DNA from: Eledone cirrhosa
Lineage: Eukaryota
Direction: 5' to 3'
Length of the DNA: 64,000 nucleotides
Assembly: GCA_964016885.1 (NCBI GenBank)
Contig: OZ024740.1
Span: 385,020,001 to 385,084,000 of the forward strand
This document shows positions 28,557 through 41,400 of the stretch, piece after piece (within the stretch, counting starts at the first letter, position 1; each line of letters starts with the position of its first letter). A program made the position numbers and the translations under genes. The notes under the pieces are model-generated. The model was not told where the DNA came from, did no database searches, and saw only the letters and a program-made list of their open reading frames with translations.

Positions 28557-31500
28557 TTTCTTTATTAGCCACAGGGGCACAAAAGAAGGGGACAAATACA
28601 AAGGGGGAAGTTTACATACAATAAAAACGTGTAAAATGTTATCACAGATGGAATTTAAAAGTTAGTCGATTTTCCCCAATAGAGGGAGACAGTTTATATG
28701 GGTAGCACATACCCCCGAAAAAAAATGTGCAACCCTCATCTCCAGGAGTACGAAGAGCTTGTACTCCTTTCCTCTCTTCCGCCTTTTCCTCAACCTACAG
28801 GCTGATATAGAGAGAAGGCCCATTCACTCGGGCCATTCTCACCACTTTCACCCACCTTTCATAAAACTTGCTGGGGTACAGCACCTCTCTCTCCATCCTG
28901 ATTCTTCTTCCAAAGTGGTATTTGAAAAAAAGAATCAGTTGTTGGCCGGAGAGAAAGGTGTCTGACCTCAGCCCTTTCAATCTTGTCCACCATACAACCT
29001 CTTTCGCCATAGCTATCACACAAAGGAAAACCGCCTCTCCTTCGTTTTTGAAGGGGGGTGGCGGTTTGATCATGACAATGGACTCGGTGGTCAACTGGAT
29101 TGGTCCCACCCGCGACAATAGTCGTTCTACATAGCCCCACAGGTCAGTGACGCCCGGGCAGTGTATGAATGCGTGCGCGACGGTTTCTTCGTCTTGCACG
29201 CACCTCGGACAGATCTTTTTTGCAGGGTCCCTGCCCGGGCGCCCATGTCTGTAGAGCTTGTCTCGAACTGGTAGAGCTCCTCGGTAGCACTGACAGGCCA
29301 GGGACTTTTGGAAGTTGTCCATCGGTCCCGGGCGGAAGGTCCTACCGAACAGACTGGCCAGTTCATCTTCCTCTACGCCTAGAGTTTCACCGAGCGTGTC
29401 GTCGCACTTGCTGCGGACCAACCCTCTATAGAATGACGAAGTGGAGTCTCCACTGATCTCCGGGTCCGCTTGCCAGAGGGCTGTGAGCGCCTGAGCACAT
29501 TCGATGTGCCAGTCGCCCATTTTCCTCGGTCTCTGCTTGACCCAGGACTGCAGCTCGGTCAGCGAGACGAGTCGTGGGAAGGCTCGCCTCACGAACGGGG
29601 CCCACACCGGTTGTCCGGTGAGGAATACGTAGAGATGCCGCAGCCTGAGCGCGTGTTTGCGCATCGTCAACCACGGCATCCCCAGCCCTCCGTTAGAAGG
29701 GTGTTGGCAGCAGATGGATCTTCTCACCAAAGGAGCCCGCCTCTTCCAAAGGAATCGGAAGAGCGCGCGCTCCATTTTGGCGAGCGTTTTGGCTGGACAA
29801 GGCACGACGGTCAAGCGGTAGTAGATGGCGGACGCTATAAAAGTGTTCGCCACCTCCGCTCGACCTTTCAAGGATAGTTTGCACTCGGCCCACTTCTGGG
29901 TGAGTGCAAACACCTTGGCCGTCACTTCGTTCCAGTTCTTCTCCACCTGGAGGTCCGGACCAAACCAGACCCCGAGCAGCTTTACCGGTCCTTCCGTCCA
30001 GCGTCCGACGACGCCATCGGAAGGCATCGGTCTGCCTCTCCACGATCCGAGTTGCAAACCGATGGACTTGTCCCGGTTCAGCTTCGCTCCTGTGAGACTT
30101 TCGTATTCCTTCAGTAAGGTGCCGACTTCCTCGATTTGCGAGGCGCTCGACACCATTACTGTCACGTCGTCGGCGTAGGCCGACGCCGCTTTCCGCAGTC
30201 CCGGTTCCAGAGGGATGCCCTGCAATAGCTCCAGCTTCCGCAGTAGTGGCTCGAGAGTCAGTACGTACAGAAGGGAGGAGAGAGGGCATCCCTGTCGAAT
30301 GGATCGCGTAATATGGAACGGCTCCGAGAGGTAACCGTTCACCTTGACCCTTGAGCAGATGTTGCTGTTGTGCATTGCAGCAATCCAGCCCCTGAACACG
30401 GGTCCGAAGCCTGCCGCCTCGAGCACCGCATCCAGGTAACGATGGTCAACCCTATCGAAAGCCTTAGACTGATCCAAGTTGATCAGGGCCCCACCGAAGC
30501 CGGGTTTACACCCTACCCTCTCTATGATGTATCGCATGAGGTGGAGGTTGTCGTGTATGGACCTGGTCGGGATTGCGCATGTCTGCGCTTCTCCCACCAG
30601 GTTCTCGACGACAAGCGCCAGCCTCTTTGCCAACACCTTGGCCAAAATCTGTAACTCTGTGTTTAGCAGAGTTATGGGCCGGAAGTTGCCTATGTCATCC
30701 CCCTTATTCTCGTCCTTCCTGATTAGTGTGACCACGCCCCCGGTTACAGAACTGGGAATTCTCCCGTTCTGTTGCCAGTTGCAGTAGACCGCTTCCAGGA
30801 GACCGGAGAATAAGTCCGGCATTGCTACGTAAAATTCGTAGGGTAGACCGTCGAGACCTGGAGATTTGCGTTTGCCGCATTGGCTCAGCGCGTCCTCTAT
30901 CTCAGTGGCTGAAATCGGCTTTTCGCAGAACTTCGCCTCGCTGTCCGAGAGTCGCGGTAGGCCGTCGAGGTATGGACCGAAATCCATAGCCTCTCCCGGC
31001 GCGCCGCTCCCCCCGAACAGCCGAGCAAAGTGCCGCTGAAAAGCCGCACACATCTGCTTCGGCTCACGTATCACGCATCCGTTTTGGTCCTTCAAAGACC
31101 GAATCGTGGACTTGTTGCCACTTTTTGCCTCCGTCACTCGGGCCCAGCTAACAGCTTTGGCTCCCTCGTTTCCCAGAGCACGTATTTTGCTTCTGACAAC
31201 GCAGCCCTCGTGCTTTGCGTCGAAGAACTGGTCCAAGGCCGTTCTCGTTGCTAGCACGCTGGCTACGTTGCCACTTCTAATTGCCTCTTCTACTTTATCT
31301 ACCAGTTCCTTCTCGGTTCTATTTCTATCTAACGCTAATTCTTTACTAAAAGCTATCGAGTCTAATCTAACTGCCCTCTTGAGAGAGTACCACCATCTGT
31401 TGTTGACAATGGCCCCTGTCAAGTGCTGTTTAACTAAAGTGCTAATCCGTCTACTGTAGGCTTTGCTTGTCGGTAACGACAAGTTCAGCTTCCAGTAGCC

Positions 31501-32333
31501 GAGTCCTTGTCTATGGGTTCTATCAAGGTTGGCCATGCAGGTCACTAGTTTGTGATCTGAATAGGCAACCATGAACATTTGTGGACAGCTTAACATGTCC
31601 CTATCCTTATTTCTAACTAGAACCCTATCTAGGTACGATCTAGATGTTCCGCTACGATTACTCCACGTCCACAGTGGCGCAGTCGGAAAATCTAGTCGAT
31701 ATCTATCGGCCAGGTCAAATCGGTCGATTAACTGTTTGAGGCTGTTACACCCCCCTTTATCGTGACATGCTCCCACATAGCCCCAACGTGCATCTAGGAT
31801 TCCATTCCAGTCCCCCACTAAAAGCAAGGAGCGGGACGTTCCCAGAAAAGTCTCTAGACGTTTGAAGAAGTCTGGCCGCGGTGTCCCGGATGGGGCATAT
31901 GCGGCCACCAGCCTGAACGCTCCACCTTCACTACCGTCAACGTCTAGGACCACCAGTCGACTCTCCGGGTCCAGATGTACCGTCTGTGTTACGAGGCCCA
32001 GGTGTTTCCGCAGCAAAACGGCAACTCCGCCCCCACCCCCCGATTGACAGAGAGATGCGTAGATCTCAAAGTCATCGAAGATGGGGGCCAGCTGTCGCTC
32101 GCCGTGGATCCTGGACTCGCAAATGGCTACCACATCCAAACTGTGCGACCTGAGGTCGTTTAAGAGTTTGCCCTGTTTCCAGGGCATCCCCAGGCCGCGT
32201 ACGTTCACACATCCAACTCTTATATTGGCAGTGTTGGTGCTGAAAAGTTAAAAGAGGAAAAGAGATCACTCACCCTTCGCCTCCTGGGGACCAGGCCGCA
32301 CGATTTCCATGGGGGTGTTGGAGGGGTTGTCTG
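28557..32333 (-). mobile_element. Tx1-like LINE copy 2 (family alpha), 5'-truncated just upstream of the ORF1 stop
   Basis: 3' end AATAAAGAAA plus TATC repeat; uninterrupted ORF2; (GATA)n at both junctions. Confidence 0.92.
28795..32208 (-). CDS. ORF2: APE endonuclease, reverse transcriptase and C-terminal zinc finger (1137+ aa)
   Basis: VGDWN, SDH, FRPITLLN, QGCPLS, YADD, CPRC-x8-H-x4-C. The homologous start position reads ACT instead of ATG. Confidence 0.9.
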   Translation of the reverse strand: MNVRGLGMPWKQGKLLNDLRSHSLDVVAICESRIHGERQLAPIFDDFEIYASLCQSGGGGGVAVLLRKHLGLVTQTVHLDPESRLVVLDVDGSEGGAFRLVAAYAPSGTPRPDFFKRLETFLGTSRSLLLVGDWNGILDARWGYVGACHDKGGCNSLKQLIDRFDLADRYRLDFPTAPLWTWSNRSGTSRSYLDRVLVRNKDRDMLSCPQMFMVAYSDHKLVTCMANLDRTHRQGLGYWKLNLSLPTSKAYSRRISTLVKQHLTGAIVNNRWWYSLKRAVRLDSIAFSKELALDRNRTEKELVDKVEEAIRSGNVASVLATRTALDQFFDAKHEGCVVRSKIRALGNEGAKAVSWARVTEAKSGNKSTIRSLKDQNGCVIREPKQMCAAFQRHFARLFGGSGAPGEAMDFGPYLDGLPRLSDSEAKFCEKPISATEIEDALSQCGKRKSPGLDGLPYEFYVAMPDLFSGLLEAVYCNWQQNGRIPSSVTGGVVTLIRKDENKGDDIGNFRPITLLNTELQILAKVLAKRLALVVENLVGEAQTCAIPTRSIHDNLHLMRYIIERVGCKPGFGGALINLDQSKAFDRVDHRYLDAVLEAAGFGPVFRGWIAAMHNSNICSRVKVNGYLSEPFHITRSIRQGCPLSSLLYVLTLEPLLRKLELLQGIPLEPGLRKAASAYADDVTVMVSSASQIEEVGTLLKEYESLTGAKLNRDKSIGLQLGSWRGRPMPSDGVVGRWTEGPVKLLGVWFGPDLQVEKNWNEVTAKVFALTQKWAECKLSLKGRAEVANTFIASAIYYRLTVVPCPAKTLAKMERALFRFLWKRRAPLVRRSICCQHPSNGGLGMPWLTMRKHALRLRHLYVFLTGQPVWAPFVRRAFPRLVSLTELQSWVKQRPRKMGDWHIECAQALTALWQADPEISGDSTSSFYRGLVRSKCDDTLGETLGVEEDELASLFGRTFRPGPMDNFQKSLACQCYRGALPVRDKLYRHGRPGRDPAKKICPRCVQDEETVAHAFIHCPGVTDLWGYVERLLSRVGPIQLTTESIVMIKPPPPFKNEGEAVFLCVIAMAKEVVWWTRLKGLRSDTFLSGQQLILFFKYHFGRRIRMEREVLYPSKFYERWVKVVRMARVNGPSLYISL

Positions 32334-32589
32334 GATAGATAGATAGATAGATAGATTTCTTTATTAGCCACAAGGGCGCAACAAGAAAGGGGACAATACA
32401 AAGACATGCCGGGGATTTTACATACAGTCGTGTAAAAAATATAAAAACAAACAATTTCAACAATCGAAATCCCCAATAGGGGGGAGGCGCCACAAATGGG
32501 TTGTTTAATACCCCGTCGATAGAACAACCCTCAACTCAAGGAGCGTGTTGTGCAAGTGCTCCTTTCTTCCTTTTGCTCTCTTCCTCAAC

Positions 32590-35500
32590 CTACAGGCTTA
32601 TAAACAGAGAAGGCCCAATCACTCGGGCCATTTTCGCTTCATTCACCCACCTTTCAGTAAATTTACTGGGGTGCAGTGCCTCTCTCTCCACCCTGATTCT
32701 CCTTCTAAAGTGATACTTAAAGAAGGGAATCAATTGTTGTCCGGAGAGAAAGGCATCTGTCCTCAGTCCTCTCAACCTCGTCCACTATATAACTTCTTTC
32801 ACCATAGCCACCGTACAGAGGAAAACCGCCTCTCTTTCGTTTCTGAAAGAGTCTGGCGGTTTGATCCTTACTATGGACTCGGCAGTCAACTGTATTTGTC
32901 CCATACGCGACAGCAGTTGTTCTGCATAGTTCCACAGGTCGCTTACGCCCGGGCAGTGTACAATTGCGTGCAGAACTGTTTCAATGTCCTGCGCACATCT
33001 TGGACACGTCCTCTTGGAAGGATCCCTGCCAGGGCGTCCGTGCCTGTAGATCTTGTCACGAACCGGTAGAGCTCCTCGGTAGCACTGCCAGGCCAGGGAC
33101 CTCTGGAAGTTGTCCATATGTCCCGGGCGGAAAGTCCTACCAAACATACTGGTGAGCTCATCGTCTTCGACGCCCAGAGTCTCTCCGAGCACGTCGTCGC
33201 CCTTGTAACGTACAATCCCTCTATAGAATGTCGAAGTGGAGTCTCCACTGATTGCTGCGCCCGCTTGCCAGAGGACTGTGAACGCCTGAGCGCATTCAAT
33301 GTGCCAGGCGCCCATCGTTTTCGGTCTTTTCTTCACCCAGGACTGCAGCTCCGTTAGCGAGACGAGCTGTGGGAAAGCCTGTCTCACAAACGGTGCCCAC
33401 ACCGGTTGGGGGTCGGTGAGGAATACCTGGAGATGCCGCAGCCTCAGCGCATGTTTGCGCATCATCAGCCACGGCATTCCCAGCCCTCCGTTGGAAGGGT
33501 GCTGACAGCAGACGGATCTCCTCACCAGCGGAGCCTGCTTCTTCCACAGAAACTGGAAGAGCATGCGTTCCATCTTGGCGAGGTGTTCACGGGGACAAGG
33601 CACGACAGTCAAGCGGTAGTAGATGACGGACGCTATGAAAGTGTTCGCCACCTCCGCTCGACCTTTCAAGGACAGTTTGCACTCTGCCCACTTCTGAGTG
33701 AGTGCAAACACCTTGGCCGTGACCTCGTTCCAGTTTTTCTACACCTGGAGGTCTGGACCGAACCAGACCCCGAGCAATTTAACCGGTCCGTCCGTCCAGC
33801 GTCCAACGACGCTGTCGGATGTCATCGGTTTGCCTCTCCACGTACCGAGTTGCAAACCGACAGACTTGTCTGGGTTTAGTTTTGCTCCCGTCAGCGTTTC
33901 GTATTCTTTCAGTATGTTGCCGATCACCCCGATTTCCGAGGTGCTCGACACCATTACTGACACGTCGTCGGCATAAGCCGACGCCGCTTTGCGCAGTCCC
34001 GGTTCTAGGGGGATGCCCTGCAACAGCTCCAATTTCCGCAGTAGTGGCTCTAGAGTCAATACATACAGAATGGAGGAGAGAGGGCATCCCTGTCGAATGG
34101 AACGCGTGATTGCGAACGGCTCCGATAGGTAGCCGTTCACCTTGACCCTCGAGCAGATGCTGGTGTGCATCGCCTCGATCCATCCTCTGAACACGGGACC
34201 GAAACCGGCCGCCTTGAGAACCGCTTCCAAGTATCGATGGTCGACCCTATCGAATGCCTTAGACTGATCCAAGTTGATCAGAGCCCCACCGAAGCCGGGT
34301 TTACTACCCACCCTCTCTATGTTGTATCGCATGAGGTGGAGGTTGTCGTGTATGGACCTGGTCGGGATTGCACACGTTTGCGCTTTCCCTACCAGGTTCT
34401 CGACGACAAGCGCCAACCTCGTCGCTAGCACCTTGGCCAAAATCTTTAACTCTGTGTTGAGCAGAGTTATGGGCCTGAAGTTGTTAATTTCGTCCCCCTT
34501 GTTCTCGTCTTTCCTGATCAGCGTTACTACGCCCTTGCCTGCAGAACTGGGAATTCTCCCGTTCTGCTGCCAATTGCAGTAGACGGCTTCGAGGATGCCA
34601 GAGAACAAGTCCGGCATGCCTATGTAAAATTCGTAGGGTAGACCATCTAGACCGGGTGACTTGCGTTTCCCGCAGCGGCCCAGAGCGTCCCGTATCTCAG
34701 TGTCCGTGATCGGTCTTTCGCAGAACTCGGCGTCCGTGTTCGAGAGACGCGGCAGGCCGTCGAGGTATGAACTAAAGTCCATTGCCCCGTTCGGCTCACC
34801 GTCGTTCTGCTCAAACAGTCGCGCAAAGTGCCGCTGAAAGGCCGCGCACATTTGCTTGGGGTCAAGTAGCACGCGTCCGTTTTGGTCTTTCAAAGACCGA
34901 ATCGTGGACTTGTTGCCACTTTTTGCCTCCGCCACTCGGGCCCAGCTGACAGCTTTCGCTCCTTCGTTTCCTAGAGCACGTGTTTTGCTTCTGACCACGC
35001 AGCCTTCGTGTTTCGCATCGAAGAACTGGTCCAGTGCCGTTCTCGACGCTAACACTCTAGCCGCGTTGCCACTTCTAAGTGCCTCCTCTACCTTGGCTAC
35101 TAGTTCTCGTTCTATTCTGTTTTTCTCTAAGGCTAACTCTCTGCTATACCCTATCGATTCTATTCTAATTGCTTTCTTGAGAGAGTACCACCATCTATTG
35201 TTGACGATGGCTCCCGTTAACTGTTGCTTGACTAGTTTACTTATCCGTTCACTGTAAGCTTTACGTGCCGTCAACGACACGTTCAGCTTCCAGTATCCGG
35301 GACCCTGTCTTTGTATTCTATCACGGTTGACTAAGCAGACGACTAACTTGTGATCTGAATAGGCAACCATGTGCATTCGTGGACAGCTTAACATATCCTT
35401 GTCCCTTTCTCTAATGAAGAACCTATCTAAATACGATCTAGATGTCCCACTGCGGTTTACCCACGTCCACTGTGGTGCAGTCGGGAAATCCAGTCGATAC

Positions 35501-36036
35501 CTATCGGCCAGTTGGAATTGGCCGATTAAAGTTTTGAGGCTGTTGCACCCCGCTCTACTGGGACATGCTCCCACATAGTCCCATCGTGCATCTAGGATAC
35601 CATTCCAGTCCCCCACTAAAAGTAAGGAGCGAGACGTTCCCAGAAAAGACTCTAGACGCTTAAAGAAATCTGGCCGTGATTGCGATTGCCCGGTCGGGGC
35701 ATAAACGGCCACCAGTCTGAAGGCTCCACCTCCGATACTGTTCACGTCTAGGACTACCATTCTACCCTCCGGGTCCAAGTGTACTTGCTGTACTCCGACG
35801 TCCAGGTTCTTCCGAAACATAACAGCCACTCCACCTCCACCTCCTGGCTGACAGAGAGATGCGTAGATCTCAAAGTCGTCGAAGATGGGGGTTAGTTGCT
35901 GCCTGTTGTGGATTCTGGACTCGGTGATGGCTATCACATCCATACTGTGTGACCTAAGGTCGTTTAAAAGTTGGCCCTGTTTCCAGGGCATCCCTAGGCC
36001 ACGCACATTCACGGTTCCAACTCGTAAACCAGCCAT
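32590..36036 (-). pseudogene. ORF2 (APE-RT) broken by in-frame TAG codons at 33739 and 32785
   Basis: ORF-track pieces 33739-36036, 32785-33711 and 32590-32775 are in one frame. Paralogues have E and W at the stops. Confidence 0.9.
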
Positions 36037-36077
36037 GTTGGTGAAGAAAAGTTGGAGAAAAAGGACGAAAGGTGCAC

Positions 36078-37961
36078 TTACCTTTTCGTTTCCTGGAGAT
36101 CGGGTTGTTCAATCTCCATTTGGGTGCTGGATGGGGTGTTGGGTGGGGTGGGGAAACCTTTCAACAGGACGCGGTTGATGGGTTTGTGGCAGGGGTTGCC
36201 CACGTCCTATGAAAATTTAATTTTCAGGTCTTTATAGGTTTCCATAGAAACCCTTATAAGTTTAAGGTGTGGAGACGATTCTGCCTTGACGAAAGTTTTG
36301 CCCTCCGTCTCCACCTTGGGGTTTTGGGAGATGACCTCCATCAAACTCTTGTTGTTTGTGTTGATGTATGCGTATTGTTGTTTGTGTTTTTGTTGTATTG
36401 TTTTAGTTTGTTGTTCATCTGGGAGTTTTCTTTTTATGGTGGGTGCTTGTGTTTGGGGTGGTGTTGGTGCTGGTTTTGCTGATAGGGGGGTGTTTGACTG
36501 TGGTGTTGTTTGTGTTGTTGTTTGTGTCTGTGGTTGTGTGTTGGTGTTGGTGATTGGAGTTTTGGGGGTTTTGTGGTGTCTCTTTTTTTGTTTTTTGGAT
36601 TTCCGCGGTTCTTCCTCTTCTTCACTTAAAGAAGGAGAAGCAGCTTCATCCGTCGATGAATAATCATCGTCAGGTGTGTGGGGTAAGGGTATGTTGTGTG
36701 GTGGTGGTGGTGTTTCGGTATGTGTGTTTGTGGTAGTGTTTGATGGAGTGGGATGGAGTGGGGATGTGTTCTTCAGGGGTGTTGTCTCTGTTTTTTCTGT
36801 TGTTGTTGGTTGAGTGTCTGTTTGTTTTGGTGTGGTTGCTCGTTTCGTCTGTCGTTGTACTTGTGGTGGTGGTGGTGGTGGTTGTTGTTTTGGTGTTGGT
36901 GTTGGTAATAGCGTTTTTTTTATGATGTTGCTGTTGTGTGTTTGTGGACAAGACGCTTTTAGGTGAGATGTGCTACCACAGCGAAAGCAGTGAAATTTTC
37001 TTCCTTCTACCGAAATGTTTATTTTGTTGTTATTATCAATAACGACTCTTTCGGGTATTTTGGAGATTCTCTCCGGTTTCATTTGCAACAGAATCTCCAA
37101 ATCGGTGCCCGCCCACCTTTGTCGAATGGATTTTCGTATCGAAAGTATTATGTCTGTTTCTGGCTCTACGAAGCCAGCCAAGATCCACCAGATGTTAATG
37201 CTTGGAGGTATGTTTTTTATTTTTATTTTTTGTGTCCTTTTCCCCATGTATGTAGGGAAAAAGGTGTATGCTTTTGACACTATTGGTGTCACAGAGTTTT
37301 TTTGGGCCAGTGTCTCGCTTTTAAACAGTACGGAAACGCTTCCGTACTGTTTTCCTCGCTGGAGAAAATCGACATTTCCTAGAATCTCCTTGAAAGAATC
37401 TTCTATATCTGACTGATTAACAAATGTCGGTTTTCTTGACGAATTTGACACAGTCCTAAAAGTGACTGATCGGCGGTTTGTGTCTTCCTTTATTTCAAGG
37501 GGTGAGTTAATTCTAAACCCACCTCTTTCTTCGAAAGTTACAAATTTTCTCCCTTGCTGGAGCATATCTCTTGCGTTGGAGATATCAAGATTTATAAAAT
37601 CTTGTTTCTTGTTGACTGTGTCAGCAAAAGACATTTTCTTTTTTTGTGTGATGTTGTTGTTGATAATGATGTTATCGTTGTTGGAAATTTTATGTGTAGA
37701 TGTATCTGTAGAGTTGTTGATGTCTTTTTCATGTGTATGTATGTCAATGGGTTTTTTTGCCGTGTTTTCCCGTGTGTTATTGTCATTTTTCTCCGCTTCG
37801 GCGGTAGAAATTGTAACATTTTCAAATGTTGATATATTTTTTTCTTTTGTGACAGTATCTATGGCAACGTCCATAGCAGCAGAAGCAGATATAACGTTAA
37901 TATCTGCCTCTTTCTCTCTCTTTTCACTATTAACGTTCTCCAGCGTTCTAGTGTTGCTCAA
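36078..37961 (-). pseudogene. ORF1 gag-like nucleic-acid-binding protein with a premature stop at 36207
   Basis: CCHC knuckle CFRCGSTSHLKASC and Pro/Thr-rich tail. Copy 1 has Q at the stop and ends QETKR*. Confidence 0.85.
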
Positions 37962-38171
37962 GTTTTTTTTACTTTGTAAAATTTGATATTTTAAGACAAA
38001 CTTTTAAATAAAATTTTCGCCCCTACAGGGGCGAAAAATGGGATTACCACCCAGCTGACAATTCAGCTTGGGGGTTAATCTACAAAGTGTTGTATTTTTT
38101 TTCAAACAATTAGATCGGTTTTTTGCATAGAAATTAACAAAAACTTACCGGCGATATTCCACACGTTAGAC

Positions 38172-38207
<36 letters not shown>

Positions 38208-38421
38208 TTCTTTATTTACCATAAAGGCATAAAAAGAAGGGACAAATACAAAGGGGGAGTTTACATATAATCGAGTAAAAAGGGTGTAACATGAAAATAA
38301 TCGAAAATAACCTCAAAAGGGAGGGGACGTGATGGGGGTTGCACACACCCCCGAAAAAGTGTGCAATCCTTTGCCCGGGGAGCACATGGAGAAGGTGCTC
38401 CCCTCTCCTTTACTTCTTTAC

Positions 38422-41400
38422 CTATAGGATGGTATACAGAGAAGGCCCATTTACACGAGCCATTCTCGCCACTATCACCCACCTTTCATAAAACTGCCTG
38501 TGGCCAAGCACCTCTCTCTCCATTCTTATCCTTCTTCCGAAGTGATATCGGAAGAAGTAGACCAGACTATGGCCAGAGAGGAAGTTGCCTGACCTCAGAC
38601 CTTTCAATCGTGTCCACCAAACAACCTCTTTCAACATGGCTATTACGCACAGAAAAACCGCCTTTGCTTCCTTTGTGAAGAGGGGAGGCGGTTTGATTGT
38701 CATCACGGACTCGGCTGTCAATTTAATCGGCGCCACCCGCGACAGCAGTTGTTCGGCGTAGCCCCACAGATCAGCCACGCCCGGACATTGCACCAATGCG
38801 TGCGCCACGGTTTCTTCGTGACGCACGCATCTAGGGCAAATCTTTTTTGAGGGATCCCTGCCCGGGCGCCCGTGTCTGTAGAGCCTCTCTCGAACGGGTA
38901 GAGCCCCTCGGTAGCACTGCCAGGCCAGTGACTTCTGGAAGTTGTCCATTGGTCCTGGGCCGAAAGTCCTACCGAACAGGCTGGCCAGTTCGTCTTCTTC
39001 CATGTCCAGCGACTCTCCAAGGGTGTCATCGCCCCTGCTAGCCACCAGCCCTCTATAGAATGATGAGGTGGATTCTCCACCGATGGCCCGGCCCGCTTGC
39101 CAGAGAGCCCTGAGCGCCTGAGCACACTCAGTGTGCCAGTCTCCCAGTTTTCCGGATCTTTGCTTGACCCAGGACTGTAGCTCGGTGAGTGAGACGAGTC
39201 TCGGAAAGGCTCGTTTCACGAACGGAGCCCACACCGGTTGACCAGTGAGGAATACCTGTAGGTGCCGTAGCCTTAATGCGTGCCTACGCATCATCAACCA
39301 CGGCATCCCCAGCCCTCCTTTCGAAGGTTGTTGGCAGCAGATGGATCTTCTCACCATAGGAGGACGCTTCTTCCAAAGAAATTGGAAGAGCATGCGTTCC
39401 ATGGTGGTGAGTGTTTCCTTAGGGCAAGGCACGACAGTCAGGCGGTAGTAAGTGACGGACGCTATGTAAATGTTCGCCACCTCCGCCCGGCCTTTTAGGG
39501 ACAGCTTACACTTGGCCCATTTCTGGGTTAGTGCAAACACCTTGTTCGTAACCTCGTTCCAGTTCTTTTCCACCTGGAGGTCCGGTCCAAACCAGACCCC
39601 AAGCAACTTTACCGGGCCCTCCGTCCAGTGTCCGACGACACCATCGGGAGGCATCGGTCTGCCTCTCCACGTTCCGAGTTGCAGCCCGATGGATTTTTCC
39701 CGGTTCAGTTTCGCTCCTGACAACCTTTCGTACTCCTCCAGTAAGGTACCGATCGCCTCGATCTCCGAGTCGGTTGATACCATTACTGTTACGTCATCGG
39801 CGTAGGCCGACACCGCTTTGCTCAATCCTGGTTCCAGGGGGATACCCTGCAACAACTCCAACTTCCTCAGTAAAGGCTCGAGAGTCAATACGTACAGAAG
39901 GGAGGAGAGAGGGCACCCCTGTCGAATGGATCGTGTGATTTCGAACGGCTTCGAAAGGTAGCCGTTCACCTTGATCCTAGAACAGATGTGGTTGCTATGT
40001 AGGGCAGTGATCCAGCCTCTGAAAACAGGACCGAACCCAGCCGCCGCTAGCACCGCATCCAGGTAACCATGGTCGACCCTATCGAAGGCCTTAGACTGAT
40101 CCAAGTTGATCAGGGTCCCACCGAAGCCGGGTTTGTTGCCAACCCTCTCTATGATGTATCGCATGAGGTGGAGGTTATCGTGAATGGACCTGGATGGGAT
40201 AGCACATGTCTGCGCATCTCCCACCAGGCCACCCACGACAAGCGCCAACCTCTTTGCTAACACCTTGGCCAAAATCTTTAACTCTGTGTTTAGCAGGGTT
40301 ATGGGCCGAAAATTATTTATACTATCCCCCTTGTTCTCGTCCTTCCTCACCAGCGTGACTACGCCCTTGGCTACAGAACAAGGAATTCTCCCGTTCTGCT
40401 GCCAATTGCAGTAGACCGCTTCGAGGAGTTCGGAGAAGAAGACCGGCATTGCTAAATAAAGTTCGTAAGGTATACCATCGAGACCTGGAGATTTGCGTCT
40501 GCTGCATTGGCTCAGCGCATCTCCGATCTCATCAGCCGAGATTGGTCCCTCGCAGGACTCCGCCTCTTTGTTCGAGAGACGCGGCAGGCCGTCGAGGTAT
40601 GGACCGAAATCCACGCCCCGGCCCGGACCCTCGCCTCCCCCGAACAATCGGGCAAAGTGCTTTTGAAAGGCCTCGCACATCTGCTTAGGCTCCCGGATCA
40701 CTCGTCCATCTTCGTCTTGCAACGACCGGATGGTGGATCGATTTCCACTTTTAGCTTCTGTCACGCGGGCCCATCCAACGGCTTTGGCCCCCTCATTACC
40801 TAGAGCACGTATTTTACTTCGAATGACGCAGCCTTCATGCTTTGCATCGAAAAACTGGTTCAAGGCCGTCCTCGATGCCAGCACTCTGGCCACATCTTCG
40901 CTCTTGATTGCCTCTTCTAATTTACCTGTTAATTCTTTCTCGTTTCTATTCCTATTGGCAGCTAACATCTTGCTATAACTTATTGATTCTGTTCTAATCT
41001 CTCTTTTGAGAGATGCCCACCATCGGTTGTTGACGATTGCACCCGTCAACCTCTCCTTAACTAATCTGCTAATCCGGTTTCTGTAAGTCTCTTTTGCCGG
41101 TAAAGACAAATTAAGTTTCCAGTAACCGGGACCCTGTCTATGTGTTTTCTCGAGATTGACCACGCAGGTCACTAATTTGTGATCCGTGTAGCCAACCGTG
41201 CGCATTTCTGGACAGCTTAATATGTCCCTATCCTTACTTCTAACTAAGAATCTATCTAAGTACGATCTAGATTGACCACTGTGGTTTCTCCAAGTCCAGG
41301 TAGGCACAGTTGGAAAATCTAGTCGATATCTATCGACCAAGTTAAAACGGTCGAGTAACCCCTTGAGGCTGTTACACCCCCCTCTATTAGGACATGCTCC

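Larger units (their letters stand above)
32357..38176 (-). mobile_element. Tx1-like LINE copy 3 (family beta), full length, in-frame nonsense mutations
   Basis: 5'UTR, ORF1, ORF2 and 3'UTR all present; (GATA)n at both sides. Confidence 0.93.

Noticed and set aside
32240-32273. 34-nt GT-AG mini-intron fusing alpha ORF1 to ORF2
   Set aside because: It is very short, the product is out of frame with ORF2 in this copy, and the AG is absent in the beta and gamma spacers.
32590-36209. Three internal stops in Tx1 copy 3, all TAG, suggesting readthrough or recoding
   Set aside because: Paralogues have CAG, GAG and TGG at these sites, so they are independent single-base nonsense changes.
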